From positions 1 through 14,354 of the forward strand of contig CBDDDG010000003.1 of the NCBI GenBank assembly GCA_965226555.1: a stretch of 14,354 nt of DNA. The letters run 5' to 3'. The notes beneath the pieces are model-generated. The model saw nothing but the letters and a program-made list of their open reading frames with translations, was not told where the DNA came from and ran no database searches. Position numbers and translations under genes: made by a program. Shown here piece after piece: positions 8,031-14,354 of the stretch (the first letter of the stretch is position 1; each line of letters starts with the position of its first letter). This DNA is from Salinispira sp. Its GTDB lineage: Bacteria > Spirochaetota > Spirochaetia > DSM-27196 > Salinispiraceae.

Positions 8031-10188
8031 TCTCCATAATCGGTTGAAGTCTGAACCACACACCCTGCTCAGACTCAAGAGCTTTAAGCTCCATGCCATT
8101 TCGCATCGCAGCTTCTCCGGCAATTGCCAGTCCGAGTCCTGTTCCTGATGGTTTTGTGGAAAATTGAGGTTCAAAGATAACCTCACTGTCAATCAGAAAT
8201 TGTTCAATACCCGGTCCGGTATCACGATAGTCGATATGCAGAAGAGAATTATCGTCAGTTACAAGATCAATGATAATGTTCTTATCGCTTGTGCTTTTTT
8301 CATTCATCCAATACATACTGTTATCAACAAGGTTTGTGAAAATCGCATAGATGTCCTGCTGCCAAGCGGATAACTCAAAATTATCGGAACCGTTTACACT
8401 CACCGTTATGTTCTGAGCCTTCATTTCTTCTTCAAAAACTGACAAACTACCCAGAATAGTATCTTTCAGTAACAGCTGTTTCCTGGCAGAACGTTTCCCG
8501 GCTGCTAGGGGGTCAAGTCTGCTGAACAACTTCACAAAAACCTCCGCATTACTGCCAACTCCCTCAACTATGGGCATGCTTTTCTCCAATGTATTCCGCT
8601 CACCCGTTTCTCTGAATAATTTATACCAGTATTGAAGATTCGGAATCTGATTACGGAAAAAATTCAAAGGACGTCTGCCTTCATGAAGAATGACGTTTAT
8701 TATTTTTCCCAGAGTAGCCTGCCCCTGATAAATTGCAACTGCTTGGCGGATTTCATCAACAATTTTATTTCTATTTTCCGCATCCCGATTAATAATATCT
8801 GTGACTGTATTAATGGTTTCAGTATTAACGCCGCCTTTGGTAAGTGTAGATTTGACATTTTTTTTCAAACCGTCATATGCAAACATTTTCTCAAACTCAC
8901 GTTCAATTTTCGAAACAGGCCTACCTAATCCGGCTTTCTGCCTGAATTCAAAACGCCGACTTTCAAGCAGGGTAATTACGTCTTGTGTAATTTTTTTCAA
9001 CTTAGTAAAGGCGTCATTTTCACGGAGCCCATCTCGCGCGCTTTTTTCTATTAATCCGGACAGTTTTTCCGACTGTATCTCCACATATCCAATAACCTGA
9101 TTGCTGCCAATTCTTAGCGAAGGGTTCTGAACACGTTGCTCATTCAGTTTCAGCCAATCAAACTCAGCATCACCAAGAGGACGAATACGAAAACCGTTCC
9201 GATAAACGCCAATTCCGTTATATTCGTTAAGGAGCTGTCTCGCCTCCAGTTTTCCCACATAGTTTCCTGATTCATCTTTGAGACCTCTGGCAATAAGAGA
9301 TTCAATGGCTTCCTTTTCACGGTCATAAACACGAATATCAAAAACCAGATCGCCGCATCCGGTTGGACCATCATTATCAAACGGGATTTTCTCCTCTGTT
9401 GTGTTTCGGGCTTTCTGTAATCCATATTCCAGAACACCTCTGCCATCCGCATGTATTCTCCCCATTATTCTATAGTCAAATAACTCGAAAATGGGATATG
9501 GTTCTATGGTCTCGTCAATATCCTGAACTTTGGGAAATCCGCGTATCTTCATATGTATGCGAAAATCATCAGCGGTCTGCTGATCATTGGAAGAGATACT
9601 CACAGGAGGTACAAGCTTCTTAAGCTCAAACCGCAGTTTATTGAATTGTTTCTGATCCCATTCGGAAATGAGTTTCCTGCTGCCGGATATAATTAATCGT
9701 GTGCCGGATGCTTCATTGACATCAGAAGTTTCAATTAATATTTCCACATCATCCAGATACTGAGCAGCCTCAAATGCCTGCCATTCGACCAGAACCGTGG
9801 TTTTCTTTCCTCCGGACGTTACGGTCTCAAGCAACAGATCCTCACCTAATAGTGAAGCAGCATATCGGCCAATTCCCTTACGCCCCTGCATGGTTCTCCC
9901 CGAAGGGCTTTTGTTTTGGTCAAGCTTGTATCGGGTAGATGGCACCATCCACTTGCCGGCAACATCATCCCGCGACATGCCATGCCCATGGTCGCTTATC
10001 GTAATAGTATATGTCTGATCTGTCTTTGCGGAGAAATCAATACATACATCAGGAGAATCGGCATCGTAGGCATTCTTTACCAGCTCCACAACAGCAGCAT
10101 AAGAATCTTGTATGAGGTCTCGGCCAATAGTCAAAATATGTCTGCCGGCCGGCCTTATTCTATATGATCCGCTCATATTCACTGCCAT
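8023..10188 (-). CDS. MORC/MutL-like GHKL ATPase fused to a C-terminal histidine kinase (HisKA-like plus HATPase_c); soluble
   Basis: N-terminal GHKL motifs ELVKNAYDA, DHGHGM, GRKGIGR and GTRL. Middle domain VYRNGFRIRPLG...IGYV...SARDGL. H-box ILH502EGRRPL, N-box NLVDNS, G1 DTGPGI, F/G2 IFEPQFSTKPSGTGLGLAIA. No hydrophobic transmembrane stretch. Confidence 0.9.
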   Translation of the reverse strand: MAVNMSGSYRIRPAGRHILTIGRDLIQDSYAAVVELVKNAYDADSPDVCIDFSAKTDQTYTITISDHGHGMSRDDVAGKWMVPSTRYKLDQNKSPSGRTMQGRKGIGRYAASLLGEDLLLETVTSGGKKTTVLVEWQAFEAAQYLDDVEILIETSDVNEASGTRLIISGSRKLISEWDQKQFNKLRFELKKLVPPVSISSNDQQTADDFRIHMKIRGFPKVQDIDETIEPYPIFELFDYRIMGRIHADGRGVLEYGLQKARNTTEEKIPFDNDGPTGCGDLVFDIRVYDREKEAIESLIARGLKDESGNYVGKLEARQLLNEYNGIGVYRNGFRIRPLGDAEFDWLKLNEQRVQNPSLRIGSNQVIGYVEIQSEKLSGLIEKSARDGLRENDAFTKLKKITQDVITLLESRRFEFRQKAGLGRPVSKIEREFEKMFAYDGLKKNVKSTLTKGGVNTETINTVTDIINRDAENRNKIVDEIRQAVAIYQGQATLGKIINVILHEGRRPLNFFRNQIPNLQYWYKLFRETGERNTLEKSMPIVEGVGSNAEVFVKLFSRLDPLAAGKRSARKQLLLKDTILGSLSVFEEEMKAQNITVSVNGSDNFELSAWQQDIYAIFTNLVDNSMYWMNEKSTSDKNIIIDLVTDDNSLLHIDYRDTGPGIEQFLIDSEVIFEPQFSTKPSGTGLGLAIAGEAAMRNGMELKALESEQGVWFRLQPIMEND

Positions 10189-11441
10189 ACCTCCATCAAT
10201 TTATTTGCAATCTTCCCTGCCAACAGAACCGGTACAGCATTCCCTATTTGCCTGAAAGCTGGTGTTCTTTTCGGTGGTCCTACAGAACTCTCAAAGAAAT
10301 AATCGTCAGGAAATGTCTGCAATCGCGCTGCCTCCCGCGGCGTAATTGATCGGTTCTGTTGAATATCAGGATGAATATAATAATGCCCATCACGCGCAAT
10401 ATGCGCAACAACAGTATGAGAATATGGCAAATTAGAAGCAACCACCTTAAAACGGTCAAGAAAAGAATTGCAGTTATTATGAGTTTTTAGCCGTTTCGGC
10501 AGGGAATTATAATTAAGCCGAGTTTTTCCAGTGTTCCAGCGTTCAACAACCAGATGATAAATTTCACGATCCTGATCTGTATGGGGTCTTGCCTGGTGCC
10601 ATGTTACCGGAAGAGTTTCATTCCTAATTTCTGCATTATGCTGCCATGTCCCTTCATATTTTTTTGTTTGGCAGGGGCCGGCACCGCCTTCTCCTGCAAC
10701 AATTTCCGGAAGATCACAAAGAGCATCATCCACTGTTGCCTTCGAATTCCATTTTTCAGGTTCCGGATAAAAACCGGCGGAATTACCCCGCCTCCCTACA
10801 AGAATGATTCTTTTACGTCTTTGCAAGACCCCGTATTCTTCCGCGGAGAGGGTTCTGTATTCTGTCTCATACCCGCATTTCTGAAAAAGCTCTCTCATTT
10901 TGTCAAAATAGAATTGATCATCAGAATCTTTTGCGGAAAGTAACCCTGTTACATTTTCAAATACAAAATATGAAGGTTGATATCGCCTGAGAAACTCTGC
11001 GTAATGAATATACAAATAGTTTCTTTTATCGCCTTTCATATTATTGCGGTCACGAGACCTGCCGACAAGAGAATATGCCTGACAGGGAGGTCCCCCGATA
11101 ATAAGGTCAAGTTTCTGATCTCTCAACATCGCATCGACTTTCCGAAATATTTCTGATAATGATTTTTCGTTGATCTCCGCATGTATTACAGATTCAATCA
11201 CTCTGTCCGGAATCTGATTATAGAATTCCGAACGTGTCAGTTGATCATTCAGATAATCAGCATATATATCTATTCTGTCGTGCCTTTTCAGCCAGTGATA
11301 TGCCATTCGGGTTCGCAGAGTAAAACAAGCTGCGCTGTCCAATTCAACATGGGCTATCGGTTCAAAACCGGCGCGTATGAACCCTTCGGATAAACCACCA
11401 GCCCCAGCAAACAGATCAATATACTTCAGAGATTTCTTCAT
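10179..11441 (-). CDS. DNA (cytosine-5)-methyltransferase
   Basis: Motif I DLFAGAGG, IV GGPPCQAYS, VI FENVTGL, VIII QRRKRI, IX RSITPREAARLQTFPD and X RQIGNAVP. GGAG RBS. The 3' end overlaps the ATPase/kinase start. Confidence 0.96.
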   Translation of the reverse strand: MKKSLKYIDLFAGAGGLSEGFIRAGFEPIAHVELDSAACFTLRTRMAYHWLKRHDRIDIYADYLNDQLTRSEFYNQIPDRVIESVIHAEINEKSLSEIFRKVDAMLRDQKLDLIIGGPPCQAYSLVGRSRDRNNMKGDKRNYLYIHYAEFLRRYQPSYFVFENVTGLLSAKDSDDQFYFDKMRELFQKCGYETEYRTLSAEEYGVLQRRKRIILVGRRGNSAGFYPEPEKWNSKATVDDALCDLPEIVAGEGGAGPCQTKKYEGTWQHNAEIRNETLPVTWHQARPHTDQDREIYHLVVERWNTGKTRLNYNSLPKRLKTHNNCNSFLDRFKVVASNLPYSHTVVAHIARDGHYYIHPDIQQNRSITPREAARLQTFPDDYFFESSVGPPKRTPAFRQIGNAVPVLLAGKIANKLMEVWQ

Positions 11442-11478
11442 ATCTTGCTCCGTTCACGAAGGACATTGAACCAATGCC

Positions 11479-11487
11479 ATAGTATCA
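11479..11487 (-). promoter_or_regulatory. Possible extended -10 promoter for the methyltransferase operon
   Basis: Minus strand TGa-TACTAT about 40 nt upstream of the ATG at 11441. No matching -35. Confidence 0.35.
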
Positions 11488-11575
11488 AAACAATATAACA
11501 GGAATACACTTTCGAAGGAACAAACAGGTAGCCAGTACTACCCATGTAATGCTTTTTCCGACCTGCAATACCTGT

Positions 11576-13027
11576 TCAACATGGCAACAAACCATTCGAA
11601 TAAGCAGCCCGCTGAAGCCGATCTCGCAGCGCCGCAGTGTCTGTTGCCGCTATCTCCGCTGCCCCCCCAATGTCCGTTGCCGCTATCTCCGCTGCCCCCC
11701 CAGTGTCCGCCGCTATCTCCGCGGTCTCCGGCGGCAGCCATGCCAGAATTACTGAAGCAGCAGAGCGATCTATCGCCGAGCAGCCCCCGATCGCAGCGCC
11801 ACCTTCTATCGTAGCGTCGCCCCCGATCGCCGCGCCGCCTTCTATCGTAGCGCCGCCTTCTATCGCCGAGCGGTCTATCTCATAAAAAATCCGGTACAAA
11901 TTCCGCGCATAATCTGCCGTACTTTTTATCCGAATTATCTGTCTCCTGCTCCTGCCGACAGCAGACTCGGCAACATCATGCATATCCCTCAGATTATTCG
12001 GATATCCCCGTTGTACAGCCTCATGGACTGACCGCTGTACTGCCGTCTTCTTTTCCGATCTATTTTGCGAATAATCGCTGCTGTGAAAGTTCACGGTGAA
12101 TGCAGGATCGGGGACAATGAGCCAGACCTGCCCCTTCCCTTCGGCCGCGCTCAGGGCATTCCAAAGTTCATCAACATTCTGATACAACTTCAGCGGGGTG
12201 CGGGGCGCGTAATGGCGGTAGCGGGTGCCCGGAGCGGGGACATGATCGGCGGGGATAGGACCGGTGGGCGCGGTCAGGGGAGCGGTTTTTTCGAGCTGCC
12301 GGAGACCAGAGCTCTTCAGCGCGCGGTTGATCATCGCAGAGCTAATGCTGCCCGGCCGCAAAATGCGCGGGCATCCCTGACTGCCGCAGTAGACAATGGT
12401 CGATTCCAGTCCCAGCTCGCAGGATGGGCCTTCGATGATGGCGGCAACGTTTCCGTTCATTTCATGCCAGGCCATGTCGAAGGTTGTCGGACTCGGGCGG
12501 CCGGAACGGTTAGCCGAGGGAGCGGCGATGCCCGCGTCCGCGCCGGCAATAAGCGCTTGGGCGATGGATGATGACGGAATGCGCAGCGCAATGGTATTGT
12601 GTCCCGCAGCGGCGGCAGGAGCCCTGTGTGGCCGGCGATTCACGATGAGCGTGAGGGGACCCGGGCTGAAGGCTTCGAAAAGGCAGCAGGCGATATCCGG
12701 CATATCCGCAGCATAATCGGCAGCCATCCTCCGATCCGCAACATGAACAATGAGCGGATTATCCGCAGGACGCCCCTTCACCCTAAATATTTTTTGCACC
12801 GCGGCATCATCATCTGCCATAGCACCGAGACCATAGACCGTTTCAGTTGGGAATATAACAAGTTCACCTTCACGCAGAAGCTGCCCCGCTCTTTCAAGAT
12901 CATCGGCAGTGAGGCGGAGGGTCGTCTGCGCTGCTCCGCCAGCGGTGCCCGCATTGGCAACGGTGCCCGCATTGGCAGCGCCAGCGGCGGTGCCGCCAGC
13001 ATCAGGTGTGAATGAAGATTTTTCCAT
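11576..13027 (-). CDS. sua5: L-threonylcarbamoyladenylate synthase (Sua5-type TsaC) with several low-complexity insertions
   Basis: FPTETVYGLGA, KGRPADNPLIVH, PGPLTLI, APSANRSGRPSPT, GLESTIV, ILRPG and the Sua5 linker PGTRYRHYAP, with a C-terminal YARNLYRIF...LRDRLQRAA. ATG 13027 is preferred to TTG 13033. Confidence 0.93.
   Translation of the reverse strand: MEKSSFTPDAGGTAAGAANAGTVANAGTAGGAAQTTLRLTADDLERAGQLLREGELVIFPTETVYGLGAMADDDAAVQKIFRVKGRPADNPLIVHVADRRMAADYAADMPDIACCLFEAFSPGPLTLIVNRRPHRAPAAAAGHNTIALRIPSSSIAQALIAGADAGIAAPSANRSGRPSPTTFDMAWHEMNGNVAAIIEGPSCELGLESTIVYCGSQGCPRILRPGSISSAMINRALKSSGLRQLEKTAPLTAPTGPIPADHVPAPGTRYRHYAPRTPLKLYQNVDELWNALSAAEGKGQVWLIVPDPAFTVNFHSSDYSQNRSEKKTAVQRSVHEAVQRGYPNNLRDMHDVAESAVGRSRRQIIRIKSTADYARNLYRIFYEIDRSAIEGGATIEGGAAIGGDATIEGGAAIGGCSAIDRSAASVILAWLPPETAEIAADTGGAAEIAATDIGGAAEIAATDTAALRDRLQRAAYSNGLLPC
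11636..11722 (-). repeat. 33-bp in-frame tandem repeat in sua5 (about 2.6 copies)
   Basis: artgtcygttgccgctatctccgctgccccccc units start at 11636 and 11669, with a partial unit at 11702. Encodes GGAAEIAATD[IT]. Confidence 0.9.
11780..11870 (-). repeat. 18-bp in-frame tandem repeat in sua5 (about 5 copies)
   Basis: Encodes AIEGGA-TIEGGA-AIGGDA-TIEGGA-AIGGCS. Repeated gccgccttctatcg and cccccgatcgc words. Confidence 0.88.
12941..12998 (-). repeat. 18-bp in-frame repeat in the N-terminal extension of sua5
   Basis: cggtgcccgcattggca occurs twice with an 18-bp period. Encodes ANAGTV-ANAGTA within a G/A/T-rich leader. Confidence 0.85.
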
Positions 13028-13313
13028 TTTCAACCTTTACCTCATAGGTTTTGAGGTTTTCGGTTGCGGGGAGATCAATAACCGCGCCGTTTCTAATGTC
13101 AAAACGGCTGCCGTGCTTTTCGCAGAACACCTTTCCGTCCATGACAATTCCCTGACACAGCGGGCTATGCTCATGGGAGCATGAACCCTGCGTGCAATAC
13201 ACGCCATCTTCCAGTTTGAAGAGGGTATATCGGCGCCGTCCGACAATGACTTCACGGGAAATGTTGAAACTGTCAATGGAAGCAACTTCCTTCCACCCAT
13301 GGTTTTTTTGCAA
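13002..13313 (-). CDS. Rieske-type [2Fe-2S] ferredoxin (Suf-associated)
   Basis: CSH...CEKHGSRFDIRNG Rieske ligands and LPATENLKTYEVKVENG. The start is uncertain: TTG 13313, or ATG 13323 if the A7 run at 13303-13309 is miscalled. Confidence 0.9.
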   Translation of the reverse strand: MQKNHGWKEVASIDSFNISREVIVGRRRYTLFKLEDGVYCTQGSCSHEHSPLCQGIVMDGKVFCEKHGSRFDIRNGAVIDLPATENLKTYEVKVENGKIFIHT

Positions 13314-13330
13314 GAAGTCCCATGCCCGTT

Positions 13331-14354
13331 CTATCGGCTCCCCTGCAAACGGCGCTGGATTCTGGTGCGGACATTGGTCTGCACCTTCTCGGGTAATTCG
13401 TCTATCAGCTCTTCAAAATAGCCGAGAATGAGCATCTGTTCAGCATCATCCCGGGAAAACCCACGGCACTGAAAATAATATATCTGTTCTTCATTGATCT
13501 TTCCGCTTGTTGAACCATGGGAACACTTTACATCGTTCGTATTAATATTGAGGCTGGGGATGCTGTCGGACTTTGCCTCATCGCTTACAAGCAGATTATT
13601 ATTGGTGAGATAGGCATCGGTACCTGTTGCCTCATGGCTCACTTCGATAAGTCCTTGGAAGATTGTTTCCGCCTCATCGCCGATAACGCCTTTGTAAAAA
13701 GTACGGCTGTCCGCATGATCCGCCGCATGTCGCTGAACTGTCCGCATATCAACATGTTGATCATTGTCTGCGAAGTAGAGACCATTGAGCCTGAGTTCAC
13801 TTCCACTTCCCGCAAGTTCAACCTCTACTCGGTTTTTTATAAAACCACCGCCAAGTATGCCTTCAAAATGGCTTAGTCGGGAATCTCGTTCCATCCGCGC
13901 AGCAGCCTGATAGAATCCGACAACCTCTTCACTGCTCTCCTGAATGACCGAAACATTCAGCGCCGCCCCGGGCCCAGATCGTAAAATGCGGCAAAATTCT
14001 GCACATGACCTTCCATGCCCTTCAAGCGAAGATACACTGTTCCCTCGCTCATCTCATCGGCAAGAACAATGAGCGCCGCATGACGGCTAATATCTTCCCC
14101 AAGACTATGCCAGCAAAGTTCATGTATCTCGGCGCTGTTTTTTCCCTCCGGAACATCCCGCTCCGCCCCGGCAGCTTCTTTCCCGGCAGCGCCTGCGGAG
14201 GAATACGCGAGGGAGCAGAAATATGGAGTACAAAAATATCTTCCGCGAGGGCAAGATTCCAGAGAATAAGACGGTTTGCCGCAGTATCCCGCACATGCTC
14301 CAGATGTCTGAATACCCGATCCAGAAGCTCTGCCGAAATGAGCGGGGCTCCTTC
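13331..14354 (-). CDS. sufD: SufD-like Fe-S cluster assembly protein, 5' end outside the window; two frameshifts in this sequence
   Basis: C-terminal IFQGLIEV, TDAYLTNNNLL, SIPSLNINTNDVKCSHGSTSG and YYFQCRGF motifs. Upstream, plausible protein continues in two other frames (HAALIVLADEMSEGTVYLRL...YDLGPG and NRLILWNLALAEDIFVLHI), with shifts near 13966-13969 and around 14170-14225. Confidence 0.85.

Noticed and set aside
8031..8192. N-terminal extension of the response regulator
   Set aside because: It overlaps the conserved G2 box of the kinase in another frame. The receiver domain starts at 8030/8021.
11636..11870. CRISPR-like repeated units
   Set aside because: The units are contiguous, in-frame coding tandem repeats within sua5, with no unique spacers and no cas genes.
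1106..13876. Numerous antisense and alternative-frame ORFs in the track
   Set aside because: They are shadows of well-supported genes and have no independent motifs.

Overview
Bacterial chromosomal window, probably from a host-associated spirochaete-like organism (inferred from a lipobox and an FN3/DUF285 surface protein). Left accessory block, all on the minus strand: the 5' part of an Rpn/YhgA-like nuclease gene, a truncated MT-A70 adenine methyltransferase remnant, and a lipoprotein with two FN3 domains and BspA/DUF285 repeats. The lipoprotein signal peptide is frameshifted at a G10 tract. The remnant and the lipoprotein lie between two related palindromes with opposite central dinucleotides (TT vs AA). 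Middle: a divergently transcribed L-fucose operon (fucI, fucU, rhamnulo/fuculokinase). Next is an AT-richer, translationally coupled three-gene island: a C5-cytosine methyltransferase, a MORC-like GHKL ATPase fused to a histidine kinase, and a receiver protein with an uncharacterised, possibly PemK/MazF-like C-terminal domain. No restriction nuclease is present, and this island is the best candidate for an undescribed defence or signalling system. Right: a housekeeping operon (sufD-like with two frameshifts, Rieske ferredoxin, Sua5/TsaC). Several housekeeping proteins carry in-frame GC-rich tandem-repeat insertions. Frameshifts at homopolymers suggest possible assembly indel errors.
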